From an uncultured Candidatus Saccharibacteria bacterium (lineage in GTDB: Bacteria > Patescibacteriota > Saccharimonadia > Saccharimonadales > JBBQAJ01): a DNA stretch of 64,000 nt. The stretch covers positions 321,516-385,515 of the forward strand of contig CAZQHP010000001.1 in the NCBI GenBank assembly GCA_964593805.1, in the 5' to 3' direction. Shown here one piece after another: positions 36,995-46,393 of the stretch; position 1 is the stretch's first letter; each line of letters starts with the position of its first letter. The translations under genes were made by a program, and so were the position numbers. The notes below the pieces were generated by a model. It worked only from the letters and a program-made list of their open reading frames with translations. It did no database searches and was not told where the DNA came from.

Positions 36995-39015
36995 ACTCTA
37001 AAAAACAAGCGACAGAACGGATTATCAAACTGCGCCAGCTGATAGCCGACTACCGTTACCATTATCACGTGCTGGACGAATCAACCATGAGCGAAGCTGC
37101 GGCCGATAGTCTCAAACACGAACTAACCGAACTAGAAGCACAATACCCGGAACTTATTACTCCAGACTCACCGTCTCAACGGGTGGCCGGCGAGCCGCTA
37201 CCCGGTTTTAGCCAAGTTCAGCACAGCACGCGCATGCTAAGTCTAAATGACGTGTTTAACCGTGAAGAACTGGAGGCTTGGGAAAAAAGAATTGAAAAGC
37301 TGACCGGAAGCCAAAACCATGAGTTTTTCGTAGACCTCAAAATGGATGGCTTGGCCTGCGCGCTTCATTTTCAAGACGGAGCATTTGTGCGAGCCGTGAC
37401 GCGCGGGGATGGTTTTGTGGGAGAAGACGTGTCACAAAACGTCATGACTATAGACAGCGTGCCATCCCGCTTGCGGACAACCAAAACTTACGCTCAGTTT
37501 TTGCGCGGCAACACAGAGGTTCGCGGCGAAATAGTTATGTACAAAGCAGATTTTGAAGCGCTCAACAAAGCCCGTGCGGCAGAAGGCAAACCGCTGTTTG
37601 CTAACCCGCGCAACCTGAGTGCCGGCACTATCCGCCAGCTAGATCCCAAACTCGCCGCCGCCCGCCCCCTCAGGTTTCGCGCCTGGGAAATTATCCGCGA
37701 CGATGCAGACGACATTCCAACCCACAGTTTCGCGTATCAAGCCATCCGAGCACTCGGTCTGCCGGTTAACGCCCAGGCTCAGGTTATCAAAAATCTAGAC
37801 GGTATCATGGAGTTTGCTGACAGGTGGGAAAAAAAACGGCACGGTTTGCCGTTCAACACCGACGGTTTGGTAATCAAGCTCAACGATCGGCCAACCTACG
37901 CGCGGCTGGGAGTGGCCGGCAAAGCGCCGCGAGCGGCCGTGGCTTATAAGTACGCCGCCGAAGAAGCCACAACCATAGTCAAAGACATCGTGATTAGCAT
38001 TGGCCGTACCGGCGCGGCCACGCCGGTAGCGGTTTTTGATCCAGTCGTAGTGGCCGGCAGTACCGTGCGGCATGCCAGTTTGCACAATGCCGACGAGATA
38101 AAGCGCAAAGATATTCGGGTCGGCGACACGGTGATTATTTTCAAAGCAGGCGACATCATACCGCAAGTGCTGCGCGTGCTGCCAGAACTTCGCCCGCCCG
38201 CTGCCAAAACTTTTATGATGGAGCCCGAACTTCGCCGCCAATACCCCGAACTGGAATTTGAGCGCCCTGCCGGCGAAGCGGTTTATCGTGTCAAAGGCGC
38301 CACCGGACCACTGCTGCTCAAGCGAGCGCTGGAGCATTTTGCCAGCAAAGCGGCGCTTGATATAGACGGCATGGGTGAAAAAAACGTCGCCGCACTGGTA
38401 AATGCCGGCTTGGTAAATGATTTGGCGGATATATACAGCCTGACCAAAAACCAAATCATAGACCTGGAGCGTTTTGCAGATTTGTCGGCGGCTAATCTGG
38501 TTGAGGCGATAGCCAAAGTCAAAAATCCCACGCTGCCGCGTTTTATTTATGCGCTGGGGATTCGCCATGTGGGGGCACAAACGGCGATTGATCTGGCCAA
38601 TCATTTTAGGCGGTTTGACAGCCTGGGTACGGCCCAATACAGCGAGCTGAAGCAAGTGGAAGGCATTGGGGAAATTGTGGCGGAGTCAGTCCTAGCTTGG
38701 TTTAGCGACGAAGACAACCAGCGTCTGCTGGCGAAATTTCGCAGCCAAGGCGTTTGGCCGCAGGAAGTCAAACATGTTGGCGGCAAACTGTCCGGCAAGC
38801 GGTTCGTGGTGACCGGAACCCTAAAGTCACTAGGCCGGGACCAAGCGGCCGAAAAAATCAGGATGCTAGGCGGTACGTTTCAGTCATCGCTAGGGAAAGA
38901 CACCGACTTTTTGGTAGTAGGCGAGAATGTCGGCGCCAGCAAGCTGAAAAAAGCCAAGCAGTACGGGACAAAGACTATAGATGAAGCGGAATTCCTGAAC
39001 ATGGCGAGCGGTTGA
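36991..39015 (+). CDS. ligA: NAD-dependent DNA ligase
   Basis: Adenylation KxDG (DLKMDGLA), OB fold, Zn-finger, HhH and C-terminal BRCT (KRFVVTGTL). Confidence 0.9.
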   Translation: MNSKKQATERIIKLRQLIADYRYHYHVLDESTMSEAAADSLKHELTELEAQYPELITPDSPSQRVAGEPLPGFSQVQHSTRMLSLNDVFNREELEAWEKRIEKLTGSQNHEFFVDLKMDGLACALHFQDGAFVRAVTRGDGFVGEDVSQNVMTIDSVPSRLRTTKTYAQFLRGNTEVRGEIVMYKADFEALNKARAAEGKPLFANPRNLSAGTIRQLDPKLAAARPLRFRAWEIIRDDADDIPTHSFAYQAIRALGLPVNAQAQVIKNLDGIMEFADRWEKKRHGLPFNTDGLVIKLNDRPTYARLGVAGKAPRAAVAYKYAAEEATTIVKDIVISIGRTGAATPVAVFDPVVVAGSTVRHASLHNADEIKRKDIRVGDTVIIFKAGDIIPQVLRVLPELRPPAAKTFMMEPELRRQYPELEFERPAGEAVYRVKGATGPLLLKRALEHFASKAALDIDGMGEKNVAALVNAGLVNDLADIYSLTKNQIIDLERFADLSAANLVEAIAKVKNPTLPRFIYALGIRHVGAQTAIDLANHFRRFDSLGTAQYSELKQVEGIGEIVAESVLAWFSDEDNQRLLAKFRSQGVWPQEVKHVGGKLSGKRFVVTGTLKSLGRDQAAEKIRMLGGTFQSSLGKDTDFLVVGENVGASKLKKAKQYGTKTIDEAEFLNMASG

Positions 39016-39052
39016 TTATGTATATTTGAAACTCAAGGATAAAATACTAACC

Positions 39053-40768
39053 ATGCCAGCAAAACGCAGAAAAAAACCACTCTACCAGCGGCGTCATCTA
39101 GGTTTACACAAACTGGGGCTGTTTTTGGTGGTATTTTCAGTAATAGGCGGCGGTATTATGCTGCTCAAAAGCAGCGCCGCCACTACTTACGCCACCTATC
39201 CGCCCCACCACGCGGCTTGTACCCAAAACACAGCCACTACCCCGTACAATAATTCATACGCAAGGCCCGGCCAGCGTTTTACCGCCCAAGTCAAAATGAA
39301 AAATGATGGTACTTCAAACTTCAGCCCCAACTATGGTTTTATCTTGGTTGAATTCAATAACGGCGCCGCGACCAATTATTGGAAAGCCAGCGGCGGCACG
39401 CTTGCTGGCGACGTAACTCCGGGCAACACCGCTACTTTCAATCTGACCGTAACCGCACCCAGCCAAGTCGGCTCATACGGCTTCAACTGGGCCATGTATA
39501 TCATCTACAACGGCATTTTACGCGAGCCCTGCACCGGCAAAGTACTGACAGTGAAAAACCCTCCAGCTGCTTCTTTGAACCTCAACAGCCAAGCCAGCAA
39601 CATTTCACTTACCCAAGGCGCTGGCTTAACGCTCAGCTGGTCGGCCAGCAACGGCCCAACCGGCTGCACAGCGTCCGGCAGCTGGTCGGGTGCCAGAGCG
39701 GTGTCTGGCAGCGAAAACCGTAGCGGTGATACCGCCACTGTGGGCACGAAAACCTATACTTTGCAATGCGCTAACCAAGTAGGCAGCGGTTCTTCCATAA
39801 CTAGGACAGTGACAGTAAACGCCGCCCCGCCCCCAGCTTCGCCAACACCCTCGCCCGCGCCTTCCACGTCTTCACCGAAACCCTCACCTACCACTGGCGC
39901 AGCTTCAAACAATAACCCCGTGCCCGTAGTAACCACCGACACCACGCCTCCGTCCGCCCCGGGAAATTTTCAAGCCGCATACAACGAAAACGTAGTTGAT
40001 TTGCGCTGGGACGCGGCAACCGATGACCGTGGTGTTAGCGGCTATCAACTAGAACGCTCGCTGGATCAGTCTCAGTGGCAAACAATCGGAGAAACCATAA
40101 ATGGTACGGCCTACACCGACCAAGACGTAAACTTTCAAACAACCTACTACTACAGGCTGCGCGCGATTGACGAGTCCGGCAATGCTTCGGCTAACGCCGA
40201 GGCCCAAGTAGCCACAGGCAGTTTTGCGCCGAACGCCAAGAGCGAAGAAGCGCTGGTTTTGACCAGCGACGACGGCGTGGCAGTAGTTACAGTTCCGGCT
40301 GGCGCCCTAAACGAAGCGGCATCTTGTGATTTGCGCAGTAGCAAATATCTGTCCCCCAACGCAAAAGGCTACGCTTCTATCAGCGGGCCGTATGAACTGC
40401 TTTGCAAACTTGCCAGCGGCAGCCGGGTCACGGCCTATGCCCAGCCAGTTACCGTGCAAGTTATACTTAGTGATTCGCAAAAAAAACAGTACACGGACTA
40501 TAAATTCTACACGCGGGAAAGCGACTGGGCAGAAATCAGGGAAGTGTCGGCAGACAACAGCTTTGTGCTGGGCAACTCAAATGACTTCGCACTGATGGGG
40601 AAAACCAAAAAGACGCCGCTCTGGCAAAAAATTCTCATAACGTTATTTGTAATCGCCGCGGTAGCCGGCGCCGGATTGGTAGGCTTAACCCGACTGTATC
40701 GCTGGCGGCTAAAACGGCAAATTGAGCAAAAGAACCGCGATAACTACAACAAAGAACGCGGCTATTAG
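39053..40768 (+). CDS. surface protein with FN3 domain, N-terminal signal anchor and C-terminal TM plus basic tail
   Basis: MPAKRRKKP... basic tail plus TM. Ig-like region, Pro/Ser/Thr linker, FN3-like (PPSAPGNF...LRWDAATDDRGVSGYQLERS...YYYRLRAIDESGNAS), C-terminal TM plus KR tail. The ORF track's TTG start at 39026 is also possible. Confidence 0.6.
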   Translation: MPAKRRKKPLYQRRHLGLHKLGLFLVVFSVIGGGIMLLKSSAATTYATYPPHHAACTQNTATTPYNNSYARPGQRFTAQVKMKNDGTSNFSPNYGFILVEFNNGAATNYWKASGGTLAGDVTPGNTATFNLTVTAPSQVGSYGFNWAMYIIYNGILREPCTGKVLTVKNPPAASLNLNSQASNISLTQGAGLTLSWSASNGPTGCTASGSWSGARAVSGSENRSGDTATVGTKTYTLQCANQVGSGSSITRTVTVNAAPPPASPTPSPAPSTSSPKPSPTTGAASNNNPVPVVTTDTTPPSAPGNFQAAYNENVVDLRWDAATDDRGVSGYQLERSLDQSQWQTIGETINGTAYTDQDVNFQTTYYYRLRAIDESGNASANAEAQVATGSFAPNAKSEEALVLTSDDGVAVVTVPAGALNEAASCDLRSSKYLSPNAKGYASISGPYELLCKLASGSRVTAYAQPVTVQVILSDSQKKQYTDYKFYTRESDWAEIREVSADNSFVLGNSNDFALMGKTKKTPLWQKILITLFVIAAVAGAGLVGLTRLYRWRLKRQIEQKNRDNYNKERGY

Positions 40769-40772
40769 TAAG

Positions 40773-40790
40773 TCTCTGTTATGCTACAAT
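40773..40790 (+). promoter_or_regulatory. putative promoter (extended -10 TGCTACAAT with conserved upstream TCTCTGTT)
   Basis: An 18-mer nearly identical to 2768-2786 upstream of ftsA. The -10 ends 15 nt before the tRNA-Ala 5' end. Confidence 0.4.
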
Positions 40791-40805
40791 TTTAGAGTTC
40801 AATTT

Positions 40806-40880
40806 GGGGTCGTCGTATAATGGCTAATATGCATCCATGGCATGGATGAAATGGGAGTTCGATTCTCCCCGACTCCACCA
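40806..40880 (+). tRNA. tRNA-Ala (anticodon GGC) with G3:U70 identity pair, CCA encoded
   Basis: Acceptor GGGGTCG/CGACTCC gives the G3-U70 wobble. Anticodon stem CATCC/GGATG, loop ATGGCAT, T-arm GGGAG-TTCGATT-CTCCC. Confidence 0.8.
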
Positions 40881-40889
40881 AGAAAAGTG

Positions 40890-40910
40890 CCCCAGTCTTG
40901 GGGTATTTTT
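40890..40910 (+). terminator. rho-independent terminator after tRNA-Ala
   Basis: CCCCA-GTCT-TGGGG hairpin followed by TATTTTT. Confidence 0.55.
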
Positions 40911-41029
40911 CTTGGCTGGATCGGGCGAGGAGCGAACTCATAAGCGCGCAAGCGCGAGTTCGAAGACAAAGCCCACGCGCAGGAGCTCGCTCTGAGCATG
41001 GGCTGCAGGCGCATTTGCAGTATGCAAAT

Positions 41030-41048
41030 ATTCTCCCCGACTCCACCA
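41030..41048 (+). repeat. direct repeat of the 3' end of tRNA-Ala
   Basis: ATTCTCCCCGACTCCACCA equals the last 19 nt of the tRNA (40862-40880), 149 bp downstream. Confidence 0.65.
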
Positions 41049-41077
41049 ACCGCTGACTTATCTGATACAATAAAACA

Positions 41078-41977
41078 ATGTCAAAATCTATCGCTTCTTG
41101 GTTCACGGTGGTGAGAGTTATTGTAATGGTTGGGGTTGTTGTTCTAGTTGCCAGCGCTATTGGCTGGTGGCGGCTGGTTTACAGCAGCCCGTCAAACGTG
41201 TTTGACCGCATGCTTGCCAACAGCCTTTCTAGCCCTTCGGTCACAAAAGTTGTTACCCAAGCCGATGAATCGCAAAACCTCAACCAAACGTCAGCGCTGG
41301 TAACAGAGCCTCAGCAAATTGTTCTAGCCCGCAGCGTACTTGGGCAAACACTTGACCCCGATACCACCGTCACAACCGAAAGCATCGGCACGCCTACCAC
41401 GGACTTTGTCCGCTACACCGACATAAAAACAAGCCAAAAAAACGCCAGCGGCAAAGCGTTTGATTTTTCATCTGTAATCGGCCTGTGGGGCAAATCAGAC
41501 CAAAACGACCCTAATGGCAGCGACGCGCAACTTTTCAACCAGACAGTGTTGGGCGTAGTGCCTGTTGCCAACGTAAGACAGCCCCTGCGCGCGGCGTTGC
41601 TTGAGGAAATTAAGACAAACAGCGTCTATAAAATAGATACTGGTTCCGTAAAGCGCCAGCTGGTAAACGGCCGCCCTGTCTATACCTACGACGTTACGAT
41701 AGTTCCCGTGGCTTACGTAACTATGCTTAAAAACTTTGCTCGCGCCCTGGGGATTACCCAGCTGGAACAGGTCGATCCCTCGCAGTATGAAAACAGCGCT
41801 CCCCTGAAATTTATTCTTGATGTTGATGTCTGGTCCGGCCAGCTTAAAAAAGTTGCCTACGGAGGTTCTGAACGAACAGAGCTATACAGTGCTTACGGTG
41901 CTCGCAGCCAGATTGATCTGCCAGCTACGTCCATCGGCGTGGATGAGCTGCAAACCCGCTTGCAACAAATCCAATAG
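41078..41977 (+). CDS. hypothetical membrane-anchored exported protein
   Basis: N-terminal TM (VIVMVGVVVLVASAIGWW). No recognisable catalytic motif. Confidence 0.5.
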   Translation: MSKSIASWFTVVRVIVMVGVVVLVASAIGWWRLVYSSPSNVFDRMLANSLSSPSVTKVVTQADESQNLNQTSALVTEPQQIVLARSVLGQTLDPDTTVTTESIGTPTTDFVRYTDIKTSQKNASGKAFDFSSVIGLWGKSDQNDPNGSDAQLFNQTVLGVVPVANVRQPLRAALLEEIKTNSVYKIDTGSVKRQLVNGRPVYTYDVTIVPVAYVTMLKNFARALGITQLEQVDPSQYENSAPLKFILDVDVWSGQLKKVAYGGSERTELYSAYGARSQIDLPATSIGVDELQTRLQQIQ

Positions 41978-42016
41978 CGTTAGGCAACGCACTAGCGGTC
42001 ATCTATAATTATTCTT

Positions 42017-42772
42017 ATGCAAATTATTGTCCAAGGCTTAATGACGCACTATCAGCGCCAAGGTGCAGGCAAAACCATACTGCTGCTGCATGGCTGGGCG
42101 GATAGGCTCGAGACCTTCCGCGCCATCACTCCGGAGCTCGCGAAAAACTACGAACTTATTGCCCTGGATTTGCCTGGTTTTGGACAAACCCAAGCTCCAG
42201 CAGCCGTTTGGAAGCTAGACAACTACGCGGCATTCCTGCGGGCATTTCTGGAAAAGCTGGGAATCGCCAACATATACGCAATTATTGGCCACTCTAACGG
42301 CGGCGCATTAGCTATTCGTGCGTTATCGCTCAAACAGCTTCAAGCCGACAAACTAATTCTGTTGTCTTCCTCTGGAGTGCGCGACACCGGCAAACTCCGG
42401 CGCGCCGCCACCAAAGCCATTGCCAAAGCCGGCAAGACCGCGGTGTTTTGGCTGCCTAAAGCTACCAAACAAAAATTGCAAAAAAAACTGTATGGGACAA
42501 TCGGCTCAGACATGCTGGCCGCGCCGCATTTGCAGGAAACATTTAAACAGACTGTTCGCCAAGACATCCAGCCAGACGCCACGAAGATCGCCATACCAAC
42601 CTTGCTTATTTATGGAGACCAAGACACGGCAACGCCGCTGGAAACAGTTGGCAAGCGTCTAAATACGCGGATTGCCGGCTCTAGTCTGAAAATTATTCCT
42701 GGGGCTGATCACTTTGCGCACCAGTCAGCGGCCGATGAAGTTGCCAAAGAAGTATTGGAGTTTCTAAAATGA
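42017..42772 (+). CDS. alpha/beta-fold hydrolase
   Basis: HGW oxyanion region and GHSNGG nucleophile elbow. C-terminal Asp/His region (GDQD...ADHF). Confidence 0.75.
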   Translation: MQIIVQGLMTHYQRQGAGKTILLLHGWADRLETFRAITPELAKNYELIALDLPGFGQTQAPAAVWKLDNYAAFLRAFLEKLGIANIYAIIGHSNGGALAIRALSLKQLQADKLILLSSSGVRDTGKLRRAATKAIAKAGKTAVFWLPKATKQKLQKKLYGTIGSDMLAAPHLQETFKQTVRQDIQPDATKIAIPTLLIYGDQDTATPLETVGKRLNTRIAGSSLKIIPGADHFAHQSAADEVAKEVLEFLK

Positions 42773-44178
42773 AGCGCGCCATTAGCTTTCTGTCGCCCAA
42801 AGCTCCGCTGGTACTAACCTACATGCTGCAGCAGTTTGAATATAACCCAGGCAAATTTTTGGAGTGGATAGCTAGTTATCCGAATCTTTTCAAAGTCCAA
42901 AAACGTGGGAAATTGCATTTTACCAGCCGAGCCAAACTGATGGTCGCGGCGGCTTATCTGTCTTGGGGTTTCGTATTGATAGCGGGCGTGATGGCCGCGT
43001 ATTTGCAAACCAAGCCTTTGCTTTTGCTCATTTTATTAGCGCCAGCCGCTAGCGCGCTCAGTTTGTTGCTTATAACTTTGGTTCTCCAAGCGGTAATAGT
43101 TAACCCCAGGCAAAACAGGGAAATCCACGCCGCCAAGGCCAAATTGGCCAAATCTTCCGCTCAACGGATAGCTGTCATGGGCAGTTATGGCAAAACTACC
43201 ATGAAAGAGTTGCTGGTAACGGTGTTGTCTGAGGCTAAAAAAGTAGCCGCCACTCCTGGCAACAAAAACGTTTTGATTAGCCAAGCCCGCTGGGTCAACC
43301 AAAACGTCCAGGGCGACGAAGACATTTTGATATTTGAATACGGCGAAGCCGGTCCGGGCGACATTGCCAAATTGGCTGGCTTTAGCGCGCCTAGCATGGC
43401 CGTGGTAACCGGTCTAGCGCCTGCGCATATGGACGCTTATCCGTCGCTAGAAGCCGTGGCCGATGACTTCGCGGCCATCCAGGGTGTCGTCAGCCCCGAA
43501 AATACCTTTGTATCAGGGGGAAACGAACTGTTGCGTCAAAAAATAAAAGGCAATTACTATGACGAAAATGGTCTGGGCGACCGGGAAGTAACTAATGCTA
43601 ATGTGGATTTTTCTGGCACAAGTTTTACGCTTACCAACGGCGACAAAACTCTTCAGCTCAAAACCGGCCTGCTGGGCAAACACCAAATTGGTCCCATTAC
43701 AGCGGCAGTAGTTATAGCCCTAAGGCTTGGATTAACTAACGAACAAATCACTGCAGGCGTGGCGGCGACTCAGCCATATGAACACCGCATGCAGCCGCGC
43801 CATCTGCATGGCGCCTGGATTATTGACGACACCTACAATGGCAACATAGAAGGCATGCGGGCAGGGCTGGAACTACTAAAGTCGTTGCCAGGCAAACGCA
43901 AAATCTACGTAACGCCGGGTTTGGTGGACCAAGGCAACGAAACGGAGCGGGTTCACGCCGAACTCGGAGCATTGATTGCCGCGGCCAGGCCTGACCAGGT
44001 AGTCTTGATGCAAAACTCCGCCACCAGCTTTATGCAGGCTGGTTTACAAAAAGGCGGCTTTAAGGGAGAGATTAAGGTGGAGGTTAATCCGTTGGAATTC
44101 TATACAAACCTTGATCATTACCTGGCTGCCGGCGACGTGGTGATGCTCCAAAACGACTGGCCAGATAGTTACGCATAG
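42769..44178 (+). CDS. murF: Mur ligase family protein, MurF-like, with N-terminal 3-TM region in place of the usual N-domain
   Basis: P-loop GSYGKTTMKEL, Mur ligase DDTYNGNIEGM motif, C-terminal domain. About 110-aa hydrophobic N-terminus. Sits immediately upstream of ddl. Confidence 0.65.
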   Translation: MKRAISFLSPKAPLVLTYMLQQFEYNPGKFLEWIASYPNLFKVQKRGKLHFTSRAKLMVAAAYLSWGFVLIAGVMAAYLQTKPLLLLILLAPAASALSLLLITLVLQAVIVNPRQNREIHAAKAKLAKSSAQRIAVMGSYGKTTMKELLVTVLSEAKKVAATPGNKNVLISQARWVNQNVQGDEDILIFEYGEAGPGDIAKLAGFSAPSMAVVTGLAPAHMDAYPSLEAVADDFAAIQGVVSPENTFVSGGNELLRQKIKGNYYDENGLGDREVTNANVDFSGTSFTLTNGDKTLQLKTGLLGKHQIGPITAAVVIALRLGLTNEQITAGVAATQPYEHRMQPRHLHGAWIIDDTYNGNIEGMRAGLELLKSLPGKRKIYVTPGLVDQGNETERVHAELGALIAAARPDQVVLMQNSATSFMQAGLQKGGFKGEIKVEVNPLEFYTNLDHYLAAGDVVMLQNDWPDSYA

Positions 44179-44238
44179 AATTGTTAATTGTATACCTTAA
44201 TTGTACCCACTTATTGACACGTGTGGTACAATAGAGCC

Positions 44239-45408
44239 ATGAAAACAGTCGCAGTTGTATTCGGCGGGCGTAGTACGGAGCATGATGTTTCTATCATTAC
44301 GGCGCTTGCCAGTGTCATCAAGCCCTTGGAACTAACCAAACAGTACAAAGTGGAGGCCGTTTACATAGCCAAAAACGGCGCCTGGCATTGGGATGACAAG
44401 CTGAAAGATATAGAACTATTTAGTTCGGGTAAAATTCAGGACTTCTTGCACAAAAACCAGCCAGCTAGCGTGCAGTTTGACAGCGGCATGACCCTAGTCA
44501 AAGCCAGTGGTATTGCTGGGCGCAAAACCTTGCGTAAAATTGACGTGGTCTTTCCGGCCATGCACGGCACCTACGGCGAAGACGGCAGCCTGATGGGGCT
44601 GCTCAGGATGGCCAGCGTGCCGTTCGTGGGCTGCGATATGGATTCGTCAGTTCTGGCCATGGACAAGGTGCTTGCCAAGCAGGTGGCCGCATCAAACAAC
44701 ATTCCCGTTGCCAAATATGAGCACCTGTACCGCGACGGCTTTGCCCGTAAATCGGCGGATATTTTGCGCAAGATCGAAAAAAACCTAGCCTATCCTTTGT
44801 TTGTAAAACCCGCTCACCTTGGTTCTAGCATTGGTATTTCGCGGGCTACAAATACAACCGAGCTTCAAAATGCCATAGAGGTTGCCTGCCACTACGACAA
44901 CAAAGTAGTTATTGAAGAAGAAATACCCAATTTGATTGAAGTAACCCTGCCAATTATAGGGAACGACCAGCTGACACCGGGACTGTTGGAAAAGCCGCTG
45001 ACCAAACCAGAAGATTTCTTTGATTTTGAGACCAAATACCTCCAAGGCGGCAAAAAGGGCAGTGGCAAAGGCGTTAAAGGCGCGCAAGGTTACAGTGAAC
45101 TGCCAGCCAAACTGGACGAGGCATTGTATAAAAAAGCCGAACAAACCGGCCTGGCCGCTTATCGGGCGCTCGGTTGCGGTGGTACCGCCCGCGTAGACAT
45201 GCTTATAGACAGCCAAACCGACACGGTCTATTTCAACGAAGTAAATCCGCTCTATGGCGGCCTATACGAACACAACTGGCGTGCCGCCGGCGTTAGCAGC
45301 GTGGACTTAGTCCAGACCCTGATCCGTCTGGCAGAAGAACGCTTCCAACAGCAACAGCAGCAAAACACCGTCTTCAGCACCAATTATCTCCAGCAATTCC
45401 AGGCATGA
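44239..45408 (+). CDS. ddl: D-alanine--D-alanine ligase
   Basis: MKTVAVVFGGRSTEHDVSI N-terminus, ATP-grasp motifs. The ATG at 44239 is preceded by TGGTACAAT 7 nt upstream, so the leader is very short or absent. Confidence 0.9.
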   Translation: MKTVAVVFGGRSTEHDVSIITALASVIKPLELTKQYKVEAVYIAKNGAWHWDDKLKDIELFSSGKIQDFLHKNQPASVQFDSGMTLVKASGIAGRKTLRKIDVVFPAMHGTYGEDGSLMGLLRMASVPFVGCDMDSSVLAMDKVLAKQVAASNNIPVAKYEHLYRDGFARKSADILRKIEKNLAYPLFVKPAHLGSSIGISRATNTTELQNAIEVACHYDNKVVIEEEIPNLIEVTLPIIGNDQLTPGLLEKPLTKPEDFFDFETKYLQGGKKGSGKGVKGAQGYSELPAKLDEALYKKAEQTGLAAYRALGCGGTARVDMLIDSQTDTVYFNEVNPLYGGLYEHNWRAAGVSSVDLVQTLIRLAEERFQQQQQQNTVFSTNYLQQFQA

Positions 45409-46358
45409 AAACAGCAAAGGGCTTGGAGCTAAAAACCAGTACGGCATATTTTAGGGATAAATTTGTTCCTTTTGCCACTGCCAACCTAAGCATTGCCAGC
45501 GCTCCGGTTTTGTATGGGCTCAGCGTCTATACGGTTATAAATGCCAACTATAATCCACAAAATGACCAACTGTACATATTCCGTTTACGAGACCACTATG
45601 ATCGCCTGGTAAATTCAGCCAAAATTGTTGACTTCGGCGGTTTTACAGAAGCGTGGAGTTATAAAAAGTTTGAAAAAACTGTTTGCGCGTTGCTTGAGCG
45701 CAACGCCGCGAAACAAGACGTATTAATAAGGGCCACCCTATTTATTGACGAACTGTTGAGCGGAACCAAAATGCACGGGTTGCCAACCAGTCTGAGCATA
45801 TTTGTCTACCCCATGGCTTCTTTATATAAATCAGACGGCATCAACGTTTGCATATCAAGCTGGCAACGAACACCTGACAATGCTATTCCGTCCCGCGCCA
45901 AGGTCAATGGCAGCTACATCAACTCATCACTCATGAAAAACGAAGCGCTCCTAAACGGCTATGATGACGCCATTGCCCTGGACGAGCACGGCCACGTTAG
46001 CGAAGGAACAGTAGCAAACCTATTTATTGTCAAAAGCGGCAAACTTATCACACCGCATTCCGCCACCGATATTTTAGAAGGCATCACTCGCGACACCGTC
46101 CAAAAACTGGCCGTTCGTTTGGGGGTTGACCACGAAGAGCGGGCCGTTGACCGTAGTGAATTATATACGGCGGACGAAGCGTTCCTGTGCGGCAGTAGCG
46201 CCAGGATTATACCGGTGTTTTCGGTAGACAAACGGCCGATTGGCAATAGTAAAACAGGAATTGTTACTCAAAAGTTAATACGCGAATATGCGAAAGTTCA
46301 GCGCGGGCAGACCGGCAATTTCAGTGAATGGCGCTACGAGTTGTACCCCAAGAAGTAG
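45405..46358 (+). CDS. PLP-dependent aminotransferase class IV (D-amino acid / branched-chain transaminase)
   Basis: Class IV fold motifs (EGTVANLFIVK, catalytic Lys region). Position next to ddl suggests D-Ala supply. Confidence 0.7.
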   Translation: MKTAKGLELKTSTAYFRDKFVPFATANLSIASAPVLYGLSVYTVINANYNPQNDQLYIFRLRDHYDRLVNSAKIVDFGGFTEAWSYKKFEKTVCALLERNAAKQDVLIRATLFIDELLSGTKMHGLPTSLSIFVYPMASLYKSDGINVCISSWQRTPDNAIPSRAKVNGSYINSSLMKNEALLNGYDDAIALDEHGHVSEGTVANLFIVKSGKLITPHSATDILEGITRDTVQKLAVRLGVDHEERAVDRSELYTADEAFLCGSSARIIPVFSVDKRPIGNSKTGIVTQKLIREYAKVQRGQTGNFSEWRYELYPKK

Positions 46359-46393
46359 CCTTTCCACCTCTGATACGCTACAATACCTCAGTT

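Noticed and set aside
40792-41106. 104-aa minus-strand ORF
   Set aside because: It fully overlaps tRNA-Ala, its terminator and the 3'-end repeat, and is Cys/Arg-rich with no coding signal.
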